From: an uncultured delta proteobacterium
Lineage (GTDB): Bacteria; Desulfobacterota; Syntrophia; Syntrophales; UBA5619
Assembly: GCA_963817385.1 (NCBI GenBank)
Contig: CAWFOM010000003.1
Span: forward strand, 1 to 64,000
Direction of reading: 5' to 3'
Length of the DNA stretch: 64,000 bases
In this document: one piece after another, positions 41,001 to 49,506 of the stretch
How the letters are laid out: each line of letters starts with the position of its first letter
How positions within the stretch are numbered: position 1 is the stretch's first letter
Made by a program: the position numbers and the translations under genes
The notes under the pieces: generated by a model
The model's input: only the letters and a program-made list of their open reading frames with translations
Databases searched by the model: none
What the model was told of the DNA's origin: nothing

Positions 41001-41414
41001 AACCAGGTTTATGCGAATGATGAAACCATTCAGCGGAAGATCCATGCCATCCTAAATAGCTCTACGTATTTCCAGTTTTTTTCTGCCTATACCGATGGTC
41101 GACACATCAATCCTTCCGACGTGGCGGAGTTCCCTTTGACCTACGCCGATTCGAGACAAGAACGACGAAGCGCCTTGTGGAACTATCACAAAGACTCGAA
41201 TCTTCCATGGCAGACCATACCTCAAAGTGGCGGAAGAGCGGGCTAATTATCGATTCCGTTGACTCCCGTCATGTCAAACCAATCCTTGACGACATCGACT
41301 GCCTACTCGCCGGACACTTACGGCTTTACGGATGAAGAACTGGATTTCATCATCAACTACGACATCAAGTACCGCATGGGAAATGCCGACGATGAAACAG
41401 GCAATGATGAGTAA
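38061..41414 (+). CDS. Large Eco57I/type IIG-like N6-adenine DNA methyltransferase with target-recognition region (several apparent frameshifts)
   Basis: YLNGGFF, GYIFE, GAYYT, LDPTCGSGAF, GVDI, GNTL, FDVIIGNPPY; C-terminus recovered manually as ...YGFTDEELDFIINYDIKYRMG...*. Frame breaks near 38590, 40020-40130, 41134, 41318. Confidence 0.88.
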
Positions 41415-41433
41415 ATAAAGGAAGGCGATCTTT

Positions 41434-42481
41434 ATGTTTAAGCCGAAATACAAATACTCGGATCAGATGATTGGTCTTTTAACCCGGATAGCCGCGGCAA
41501 GGGAGGTTATCCTCGGGTGCGCCGCTGATTCCCCGGTGGGAAATATCCCTGCGCCGGGAGGCCATTGTTCGCAGCGCACATTCTTCGACCAGCATTGAAG
41601 GCAACAACCTTTCGCTGGAGCAGGTTAGCGATCTTGCCGCCGGGCGCAAAATCATGGCCAAACGAAAAGACAAGGAAGAAGTCCTCAATTATATTCAAGT
41701 TCTCGAAAAATTGGACGCCCTGCCCACGAACGGTGAAATAACGGAAGCGAATATCAAAAACATCCAGAAGCTGCTGACGGTCAACGCCATTGACGATCCT
41801 CGGGATTGCGGCACTTACCGCAGTGAGACCAATAAATATGTCGTGGTGGGCAACCGGCTGACCGGTGAAATCTCTTTCCGGCCGCCCGCCAACAAAGAAC
41901 TTCCCCAACTGATGAAGGATTACGTGCAATGGCTTAATTCAGATAAGGCCCGCGGACTTGATCCGGTTATTATGGCGGGAATTGCGCATTATGAATTTGT
42001 CCGGATTCACCCGTTTGTTGACGGCAACGGAAGAACCGCTCGCGTCATCGCGGCGCTGATTCTCCGCCTCCGAGGATTTGACACCAAACAGTTTTTTTGT
42101 TTGGACGATTACTACGATATGGATCGAACCGAATATTACAAGGCATTGCGGGCCGTCCATCCCCAAAAGCGCGATCTGACCCACTGGCTGGAATATTTTG
42201 TGGAAGGCGTGGCCGTCAGTATTGACGCCGTGCGCGAACGCGTTGTGCGTTTGAGCACGGAGCGCGTCAGGACCAGAAAGAAGGGTCAAATTGCTCTGAC
42301 GGAAAGACAAATGCGGATCGTGGAATACATCAATAAGCACGGTAAAATGAACATCGGCGGCGTGGCGGCAATGTTTAAAATAAGCAGGCAGGCAGCGCTC
42401 AAGGAAATCGGCAAGCTGGTTGATCTGGACGTTATCAGGCGGGAAGGCCAGGCCAGAGCCAGCTATTATGTGATGCGATAA
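41434..42481 (+). CDS. Fic family protein with C-terminal wHTH (one apparent +1 frameshift near 41515)
   Basis: MFKPKYKYS start; inhibitory motif SSTSIEGN; catalytic HPFVDGNGRTAR; C-terminal LTERQMRIV...ISRQAALKEIGKLV. Confidence 0.9.
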
Positions 42482-42483
42482 CC

Positions 42484-42522
42484 GGTTGTCGATTTGGTTG
42501 TCGATTTGGTTGTCGATTTGGT
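42484..42522. repeat. Tandem repeat, 3 x GGTTGTCGATTT
   Basis: Three perfect 12-bp units plus GGT, starting 2 bp after the Fic stop. Confidence 0.95.
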
Positions 42523-42563
42523 GAGCCGAGCGATGTCTTGTAAAGACGAATTTAGGGCAAACC

Positions 42564-43226
42564 ATGAGCACACCACGAACAATCATGCGGACAGATAAAG
42601 AGTACCCGGTGGTTCTACAAAATCGCCTCGGCGTTGCTGCGCCCGCTCAACTTTATGCAATCGGCAATGCGGCCGTTTTACAGCGGAGTCTCCAGGGTCT
42701 GATTTGCTCGATTAAATGTCCCGGAAGTATCGTCCTTAAAACATTCGACGCCGTCCGCGCCCTGCGGGATAAGGGTGTAACGATGATTGGCGGCTTTCTT
42801 TCGCCGATGGAACGCGATTGCCTTGATATTTTGTTGCGAGGCAAACAACCGATTATCCTCTGCCCGGCGAGAACGATTCTGGGTTTGCGCTTGGGCAAAG
42901 AGGCGCGCAAAGCGATCGACGAGGACCGCCTGCTGGTGCTTTCCCCGTTTGACGAAAGTGTCCGGCACACGACGACGGCGCAGGCGGTTTGGCGCAACAA
43001 CCTGGTGGCCGCCCTGGCCGAGGCCCTTTTCGTGCCGCATGCCGCCCCCGGCGGTAAAACATGGTCAACCGTCAAAGCGGCGCTAAGAAGAAATCAACCT
43101 GTATTTACTTTCGATGTGCCTGATAACGCTGACCTGCTCGAATCAGGGGCGCGACCTTTTGAACTTCTGCTTGTGCAGGCGGATTCTCCGAAAGCGCAAA
43201 CCGATCAATTCACTGGACGTCAATGA
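42564..43226 (+). CDS. Short DprA/Smf (SLOG-fold) protein
   Basis: EYP..L...PAQLYAIGN, MIGGF, LLVLSPF, RNNLVAALAEALFV, GGKT, PVF; Rossmann/SLOG core only. Confidence 0.75.
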   Translation: MSTPRTIMRTDKEYPVVLQNRLGVAAPAQLYAIGNAAVLQRSLQGLICSIKCPGSIVLKTFDAVRALRDKGVTMIGGFLSPMERDCLDILLRGKQPIILCPARTILGLRLGKEARKAIDEDRLLVLSPFDESVRHTTTAQAVWRNNLVAALAEALFVPHAAPGGKTWSTVKAALRRNQPVFTFDVPDNADLLESGARPFELLLVQADSPKAQTDQFTGRQ

Positions 43227-43326
43227 GGGCGAGTATGAATGATATTCAGCCTTTCCGATCAGAAACCCATCAGAGTCAGGAGAGAGTTGCCCGATCGCGA
43301 CGAACTTTACCCGAAATGAAGGAGGC

Positions 43327-45183
43327 ATGCATATTCTTATGACAACGTTCGATTCGACGAAGTCCGCTCTCAGCAAGCTGCTGGAAGAGGTGTCGGAAGG
43401 CAAAGTACAACTTCCAGATTTTCAAAGAGGCTGGATATGGGATGACGCACACATCCGTTCATTGCTCGTAAGCGTTGCCCGTTCCTTTCCGATAGGCAGC
43501 ATCATGCTGCTGGAGGCAGGCGGATCTGCCAAATTTCAGGTTCGCCCTGTGGAAGGAGTTGCGACTCCGGTAAAAGACGTGATTGAAAGTCTCATTCTGG
43601 ACGGCCAGCAAAGGCTTACATCTTTAACGCAGGTCCTAAAATTTGCCACACCAGTGAACACCAAGGATGACAAGAGTCGCCAGGTAAGACTTTATTATTA
43701 CATCGATATTGAAAAGGCACTGATCGGAAACAGCACTTTGGAAGAGGCCATTTTTGCTGTCGATGAGACACGAATGTTACGTGCAAACTTTGGTCGCGAC
43801 GTCATTCTTGACTTAAGCACGCAACAAAAGGAGTTCTCTGAATTCTGTTTCCCCTGTAATCAAATCATGAATTCCGATGCCTGGGAAGAGGGATTAATGG
43901 CTTACGATTCAGCAAAATTTCCCCGGTATATGGAATTCAGAAAGCATATCCTTAATGCTTTCCGCGAATACCAGATACCGATCATTGAATTAAAGAAGGA
44001 AACCAGCAAGGAGGCAGTGTGTCTTGTCTTTGAAAAGGTCAATACGGGAGGGGTGCCCTTATCAGTCTTTGAACTCGTAACTGCGACATATGCGGCAGAC
44101 GGTTTCAATCTGCGCGACGATTGGTATGGCAATCCTAAGGCTGCTATACAAGGTCGGTTAAAAAAGTTTGCTCCAAAACCGCTGCTCCGAAGTCTGGAGC
44201 CCAACGATTTCCTGCAAGGAATTTCACTGCTTCATAGCTATGAGAAGCGTGTCGCGGATATTGAAAATCACAAAACGGGAAAAGAAGTGACAGCCGTCAG
44301 CGCAAAGCGTGAGCATATCCTTGATCTTCCGCTCGACGCTTACAAGACGTGGGCGGATAAGCTTACCGAAGGATTTTTCCAAGCTGACCGGTTTTTACGG
44401 ATGGAAGGGTTTTACAACCTCCAATATCTGCCCTACCGAACACAACTTGCCCCCCTTGCTGCGATAATGGTTCATCTCGGTGAGCGGTGGCTTGAGCCGG
44501 TTATTCGCGGAAAGCTTTGCCGTTGGTACTGGTGCGGCGTGCTTGGAGAGTTGTATGGTGGAGCAGTAGAAACGAGGATCGCTTTAGATTTACAGGAAAA
44601 CCTTGCCTGGATTGACAAACCGGCCGCCCCTGAACCGAAAACCATTGTGGACGCAGGATTTCAGCCAACACGGCTTGATACACTTCGCACCCGGACGAGT
44701 GCCGCTTATCGTGGCATCTATGTCTTGCTTCAACGACAGGGATCTAAAGATTTCTTCTGGAAAGCCCGTATGGTCGATCTTGATCGGGATGAATGCAAAA
44801 TCGACATTCACCATATCTTCCCTCGCGATTGGTGCATCGGCCAAAAGATAGAACCACGCGTATTCAACGCGATCGTCAATAAAACGCCAATATCCTACAA
44901 GGCCAATAGAATGATTGGCGGCAAGGCGCCCTCGAAATATATTGAGCAAATTCAGGGTCATGCTCAGGTGCAAATCTCTGCAGATGAAATGGATGAAATC
45001 CTTAAGACCCATTTACTCGATCCGGCAACCTTACGAACGGATGACTTCCAGGGCTTTTATACATCCCGTAAGAATTTGCTGATCAAGCTTATAGAAGCGG
45101 CTATCGGGAAACCGGTTCTTCCGATCGGGGCGGAGGCGCCACCGGAAGATGCAGAAGATAATGACGAACTGATAGAGGGTTAA
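43327..45183 (+). CDS. DUF262 + HNH-like (DUF1524-type) protein, GmrSD-like
   Basis: LPDFQRGWIW, LDGQQRLTSL, FEKVNTGG; C-terminal DIHHIFP...NKTPI...NRMIG. Start may be ATG 43339. Confidence 0.88.
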   Translation: MHILMTTFDSTKSALSKLLEEVSEGKVQLPDFQRGWIWDDAHIRSLLVSVARSFPIGSIMLLEAGGSAKFQVRPVEGVATPVKDVIESLILDGQQRLTSLTQVLKFATPVNTKDDKSRQVRLYYYIDIEKALIGNSTLEEAIFAVDETRMLRANFGRDVILDLSTQQKEFSEFCFPCNQIMNSDAWEEGLMAYDSAKFPRYMEFRKHILNAFREYQIPIIELKKETSKEAVCLVFEKVNTGGVPLSVFELVTATYAADGFNLRDDWYGNPKAAIQGRLKKFAPKPLLRSLEPNDFLQGISLLHSYEKRVADIENHKTGKEVTAVSAKREHILDLPLDAYKTWADKLTEGFFQADRFLRMEGFYNLQYLPYRTQLAPLAAIMVHLGERWLEPVIRGKLCRWYWCGVLGELYGGAVETRIALDLQENLAWIDKPAAPEPKTIVDAGFQPTRLDTLRTRTSAAYRGIYVLLQRQGSKDFFWKARMVDLDRDECKIDIHHIFPRDWCIGQKIEPRVFNAIVNKTPISYKANRMIGGKAPSKYIEQIQGHAQVQISADEMDEILKTHLLDPATLRTDDFQGFYTSRKNLLIKLIEAAIGKPVLPIGAEAPPEDAEDNDELIEG

Positions 45184-45185
45184 CC

Positions 45186-46121
45186 TCACCCCGCCGCACA
45201 TCCCCGGCGGTACTTCTCGTCCAGCATCCCCTCGATGCTCGCCATGACGATCTGTGTCACCCCTTCGAACTGCTCCTTGTAGCGCTGCTGCGACTCCCGG
45301 GAAAAGAGAGCGAAGGGCTCGAGGATCCGGTGGGGCTTGAGCTGGTCGTGCACGGAGAGCGGCTCGCCGATCCGGTAGGTGATCCGGCCGCTCCTGGCGA
45401 TGGGAAGGCTCCCCGTGTAGACCTCTTCGGAGTTGTTGCAGGCGACCGGGACGATCCGCTTTTCCGTGTGGAGGGCGAGCTGGGCAAGCCCGGTCCGCCC
45501 TTCGCCCAGCTTCACGGAGCGGGTCCCCTCCGGAAAGATGATGAGGTTCAGGTTCTTCTCGCAGAGGGCCGTCCTGCTCAGCTCCGCCACCTTCTCCATG
45601 ATCTCCATGTAGTAGCCCCGGATGAACTCCGCGAACTGGTCGCCCATCGCCTGGATCGCTTCGATCGCGGCCCGCTCCTGCGGCCCCGCCGCTTCGATCC
45701 GGCCGTCGATCATGTCCTTGACGGTCCGGTAGAGCCCCTTGTCCATCTTCCTGTTGAAGCGCTTCCGGTAGAACTCCTCGATGAGGTATCCCATCGACGG
45801 CACGGGGATGAGGTTGCACAGGTCGAGCCCCTTCGCCAGGAAGGCGTTCTTGTAGTACTTGGCCTTCACCCAGACCGTCGTGAAGGGGAACTCCTTCGAC
45901 TTCCAGAGCTTGTACTGGAACGGCCAGTAGTTGAAGCGGTCCGTGTGGTTCATGGCGAAGATCACGTTCTCCCCGCGGGGGATCCGCTCGATGTTCTCGA
46001 TCTGGATATCCACCTTGGCGAAGAGGTGGTAGTTGGGCAGGAGGAGGAGATTCCCCAGGAACCGCTGCCCGAACGGATTGGTTTTCAGTTTGATGTGCTT
46101 GAGATAGTCGATATCGATCAT
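45186..46121 (-). CDS. Lysophospholipid acyltransferase (PlsC-like) family protein
   Basis: IFAMNHTD, IIFPEGTRS, IVPVA. Confidence 0.8.
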   Translation of the reverse strand: MIDIDYLKHIKLKTNPFGQRFLGNLLLLPNYHLFAKVDIQIENIERIPRGENVIFAMNHTDRFNYWPFQYKLWKSKEFPFTTVWVKAKYYKNAFLAKGLDLCNLIPVPSMGYLIEEFYRKRFNRKMDKGLYRTVKDMIDGRIEAAGPQERAAIEAIQAMGDQFAEFIRGYYMEIMEKVAELSRTALCEKNLNLIIFPEGTRSVKLGEGRTGLAQLALHTEKRIVPVACNNSEEVYTGSLPIARSGRITYRIGEPLSVHDQLKPHRILEPFALFSRESQQRYKEQFEGVTQIVMASIEGMLDEKYRRGCAAG

Positions 46122-46148
46122 GACTCCCTCCTTACTGCATTTCCTTGG

Positions 46149-46898
46149 CTACTTTTCTTCTCCGGTGATCAGGCGCCGGACCCGCTCCAGCTCCGCGGGG
46201 GTATCGACCTCGACGGAGTCGTGGGGCGTGATGACGACCCTGATCCGGTGGCCGTGCTCCAGCGCCCGGAGCTGTTCGAGGGCCTCCAGGCGCTCCAGGA
46301 CCCCTTCCGGCAGGGCGGTGAAGGTGCGGAGGAACGCGCGGCGGTAGGCGTAGATCCCGTGGTGCTTGTAGTAGTCGGCCCGTTTGTCCCGGTCGCGGAC
46401 GAAGGGGATGGTGGCGCGGGAGAAGTAGAGGGCGAAGAAGCGGTGGTCGAAGACGACCTTCACGGCGTTCGGGTGGGTGATCTCCTCGTCGCGGACGATC
46501 CGGTAGATGAGCGTGGACATGGGGATGAACGGATCTTCGATGAGCGGTGCGGCCACCTCGTCGACCTGGTCGGGCTCGAAGAGGGGCTGGTCCCCCTGGA
46601 TGTTGACGACGATCGCGTCCTCGCCGAGGGCGAGTTGATCGGCGGCTTCCGCGATCCGGTCGGTCCCCGAGCGGTGGCGGGGTGAGGTCATCACCGCCCG
46701 GCCGCCGAAGGCCTCGACCGCCTGGAAGATCCGCTCGTCGTCGGTCGCGACGGCGGCGGACGAGACGCTCTTCGCCCGGAGGACCCGCTCGTAGACGTGC
46801 TGGATCATCGGCCGCCCGCAGAGGTCGGCGAGCGGCTTCCCCGGAAAGCGGGACGATTCGTAGCGCGACGGGATGATGCAGACGACCTGGGCTGGCAT
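46149..46898 (-). CDS. kdsB: CMP-Kdo synthetase
   Basis: IIPSRYESSRFPGKPL, SGTDR, NIQGDQP, LYFSR, EALEQLRALE. Confidence 0.95.
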   Translation of the reverse strand: MPAQVVCIIPSRYESSRFPGKPLADLCGRPMIQHVYERVLRAKSVSSAAVATDDERIFQAVEAFGGRAVMTSPRHRSGTDRIAEAADQLALGEDAIVVNIQGDQPLFEPDQVDEVAAPLIEDPFIPMSTLIYRIVRDEEITHPNAVKVVFDHRFFALYFSRATIPFVRDRDKRADYYKHHGIYAYRRAFLRTFTALPEGVLERLEALEQLRALEHGHRIRVVITPHDSVEVDTPAELERVRRLITGEEK

Positions 46899-46908
46899 GG
46901 TTGAATCC

Positions 46909-47880
46909 TTACAGATAGGGATCGGGCTTGAGAAGATGGTTCCGCACGTAATCGCCGACCGAATCCTCCAGCGGCCGGAAGTTGACCGGGCAGCCGGCGG
47001 CCCGGAGCTTCTCCATCCGCGCCTCGGTGAAGTACTGGTACTGCCCGCGGATCTCCTCCGGCATCTCGATGTAGTCGATCGTGGCCGGGCGATCGAGCGC
47101 CGCGAAGACCGCCCGGATGAGGTCGTTCCACGTTCGGGCCTGCCCCGTCCCGAGGTTGAAGATCCCGGTCACCTGGCGGTTGTTCATAAGCCACCAGAGG
47201 ACATCGACGCAATCCTTCACGGAGACGAAATCGCGCTTCTGGCCGCCGTCTGTGTACTCGGGCTTGTACGACTTGAAAAGGCCGACCCGGCCCGTCTTGC
47301 GAATCTGGTGGAAGGCCTTGAAGATCACGCTCGTCATGTCGCCCTTGTGGTACTCGTTCGGGCCGAAGACGTTGAAGAACTTGATCCCGGCGACGCTTCC
47401 GATAAGCCCGCGCCTGAGGACCCAGAGGTCGAAGAGCTGCTTGGAGTAGCCGTACATGTTGATCGGCCGAAGCGCCCGGGTCATCTCGTCGTCGTCGGAA
47501 AATCCCCGCGAGCCGTCGCCGTAGGTCGCGGCCGAGCTCGCGTAGATGAACCGGACGCCGTGCTTCTTCGCCCATTCCGCGAGATTGCAGGAGTAGTGGA
47601 AGTTATTCTCCATGAGGTATCCGGCGTCCCGCTCGGTCGTCGAGGAGCAGGCCCCCATGTGGACGACGGCCTCGACGGGAAACGGGACGCAGTCGTCCGC
47701 GACCATCGCCAGGAAGGCATCCTTGTCGAGGTAGTCGACATAGCGCCGCTTGACGAGGTTCCGCCACTTGTCGTCCGTCCCCAGCTCGTCGACGACGACG
47801 ATATCGTCGATCCCCTCGTCGTTGAGCTTCGCGACGAAGGCGCTCCCGATGAACCCGGCGCCGCCGGTGACGACAATCAT
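46909..47880 (-). CDS. hldD: ADP-L-glycero-D-manno-heptose 6-epimerase
   Basis: MIVVTGGAGFIGS, HMGACSSTTE, YASSAATYG, YGYSK, FNVFGPNEYHKG, YQYFTEA. Confidence 0.95.
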   Translation of the reverse strand: MIVVTGGAGFIGSAFVAKLNDEGIDDIVVVDELGTDDKWRNLVKRRYVDYLDKDAFLAMVADDCVPFPVEAVVHMGACSSTTERDAGYLMENNFHYSCNLAEWAKKHGVRFIYASSAATYGDGSRGFSDDDEMTRALRPINMYGYSKQLFDLWVLRRGLIGSVAGIKFFNVFGPNEYHKGDMTSVIFKAFHQIRKTGRVGLFKSYKPEYTDGGQKRDFVSVKDCVDVLWWLMNNRQVTGIFNLGTGQARTWNDLIRAVFAALDRPATIDYIEMPEEIRGQYQYFTEARMEKLRAAGCPVNFRPLEDSVGDYVRNHLLKPDPYL

Positions 47881-47930
47881 AATTCCCTCTCCCTAAACAA
47901 CATCGTATTACTCAGGCAACCATATACGCA

Positions 47931-47960
47931 CTGGATGCCGGATCAGGTCCGGCATGACAT
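47931..47960. repeat. REP-like palindromic element (GTCATGCCGG family)
   Basis: CTGGATGCCGGATCAGGTCCGGCATGACAT; its reverse complement matches the arms of 32535-32588. Confidence 0.75.
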
Positions 47961-47997
47961 ATTTAAATCGTATCAGATACCAATTTCCCCTGTTTTT

Positions 47998-48032
47998 GGC
48001 GGAAAATAGGTATCTGTCACCTATTTTCCGCC
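47998..48032. repeat. Perfect 14-bp hairpin after the aminotransferase gene, with a partial inverted copy at 47975-47989
   Basis: GGCGGAAAATAGGT-ATCTGTC-ACCTATTTTCCGCC; nearby AGATACCAATTTCCC. Confidence 0.65.
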
Positions 48033-48038
48033 TATGCC

Positions 48039-49238
48039 TTACAGCGTTTTCGCCGCCTTCTCGATCCCCTTCTTGATCGCCCTGAGCTGCGGGGGCGGCA
48101 TCTTCACGCAGATCCCCATGATGAGCGTCCGGCCGAGGATGTCCTCCGCGTGGGGGATCGCCTTACGGCTGTAGGTCACCTTGCGGTTCCGCGGGTCGGA
48201 GAAGGGGTGCTTCTTCGAGTTCGCCGTGGACTTGGCCAGGAAGTGCTCCCAGTTGGGGACATAGTGCCAGAAGTTGTCCTTGAAGCGGACCGTATCGATC
48301 CCCTCGGCCTTGAGCGCCTTCTGGAAGGCCTGCGTCTGCTTCTCCTTGGGGAGGTTGAAGGCCAGGAACGTCGCCGAATCCCCCTCGGGGTCGGGGACCG
48401 CCCGGAACTTCAGGCCGGGGATCGGGGCGAGCATCGCCATGATGGCCGCCTGGTTCTTCCGCTGGGCGGCGATGACGCGGTTGAGCTTCCGGAGCTGGGC
48501 CAGGCCGATCGCCCCCTGGAGCTCGTTCATCCGGTAGTTGAAGCCGAGGATCGTCCGCCCGTCGAGGGCGCGGCTGACCGGGGAGAGGTGGTCGTGGCCG
48601 TGGTCGTGGTACCACTCCGCGCGGTGGTAGAGGTTGAGGTCGTTGGTGATGACCATCCCCCCTTCGCCGGTGGTGATCGTCTTGTAATGGTCGAAGCTGA
48701 AGATCCCCATGTGGCCGAAGCTCCCGAGCTTCTGCCCCTTGAAGCTCGCCCCCAGCCCCTGGGCCGTGTCCTCGAGGACGAGGAGCTTGTATTTCTTCGC
48801 CACCTTCATGATCTTGTCGATCCGGGCGGGCGAGCCGCACATGTGGACGGGGATCACCGCCTTCGTCCGCGGCGTGATCTTGTTCGGGATGTCATCCGGG
48901 TCGAGGTTCAGCGTGTCGTCGATGTCCCCCATGACGGGGATGGCGCCGCACTCGAGGACCGCTTCGTAGGTGGCCATGAACGTGAAGGCCGGGCAGATCA
49001 CCTCGTCCCCCGGGCCCACGTCGAGGGCGGTGAGCGCGATCTTGAGGGCCGACGAACCGGAGGTCACCCCCAGGGCGTAGCCGGCCCCGCAGTACTTGGC
49101 GAAGGCCTTCTCGAAGTCCCGCACCTTCCAGATCCCCTTGCGCTCCTTGTCGAACGCGTAACGGGCGAAGACACCCGTCTTGAGGACATCCATGACCTCC
49201 TTGATCTCTTCCTTACCGATCAGTTCCGCACCGGCCAT
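48039..49238 (-). CDS. kdnA: DegT/DnrJ PLP aminotransferase, KdnA-like (8-amino-Kdo synthesis)
   Basis: MAGAELIGKEEIKEV..., VHMCGS, SFDHYKTITTGEGG, DHGHDH, PDPEGDSA, WHYVPNW resemble my recollection of Shewanella KdnA; near kdsB. Confidence 0.75.
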   Translation of the reverse strand: MAGAELIGKEEIKEVMDVLKTGVFARYAFDKERKGIWKVRDFEKAFAKYCGAGYALGVTSGSSALKIALTALDVGPGDEVICPAFTFMATYEAVLECGAIPVMGDIDDTLNLDPDDIPNKITPRTKAVIPVHMCGSPARIDKIMKVAKKYKLLVLEDTAQGLGASFKGQKLGSFGHMGIFSFDHYKTITTGEGGMVITNDLNLYHRAEWYHDHGHDHLSPVSRALDGRTILGFNYRMNELQGAIGLAQLRKLNRVIAAQRKNQAAIMAMLAPIPGLKFRAVPDPEGDSATFLAFNLPKEKQTQAFQKALKAEGIDTVRFKDNFWHYVPNWEHFLAKSTANSKKHPFSDPRNRKVTYSRKAIPHAEDILGRTLIMGICVKMPPPQLRAIKKGIEKAAKTL

Positions 49239-49310
49239 AACCGTAAACCTCCTTATAATCTTTGCCCCGTACCGGGAACATTAACATTGCCACGCACAGC
49301 ATGGAACGCA

Positions 49311-49502
49311 CGCGCTTCCCGACGGTGGATTCCGGAAGCGCGATTTCGATATTTTTTCGGGGCACCCTGCCTCCCGCAGCGGAGCGGCCGCCGGGAAAAT
49401 TGTCTGAGCGCTTTAGCGCGAGTTTTTTCCCGGCAGCGAAGCGAGGAGGCGCAGGGTCGAAAAAAGATCGTGAGCGCCAAGGAATCGCCGTCGGGGATCG
49501 CG
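49311..49502 (-). repeat. ~190-nt palindromic dispersed repeat, copy B
   Basis: Reverse complement shares GATCTTTTTTCGACC and CGCTGCCGGGAAAAAACTCGCGCTAAA..TTTTCCCGGCGG.CGCTCCGCTGCGG with 14711-14900; has its own terminal inverted arms. Confidence 0.85.
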
Positions 49503-49506
49503 CTCC

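Noticed and set aside
36440..41520. Programmed frameshifting or phase variation in the helicase and MTase
   Set aside because: There are too many breaks, and none lies in a long homopolymer, SSR or slippery heptamer.
42484..42522. CRISPR array
   Set aside because: The 12-bp units are contiguous with no spacers, and no cas genes are present.
34666..45183. Calling the island DISARM, BREX, type I/III RM, a prophage or an ICE
   Set aside because: The required partners (drmA/B, pglZ/brxC, hsdS, Res/Mod architecture) are absent, and I found no integrase, tRNA or flanking direct repeats by eye.
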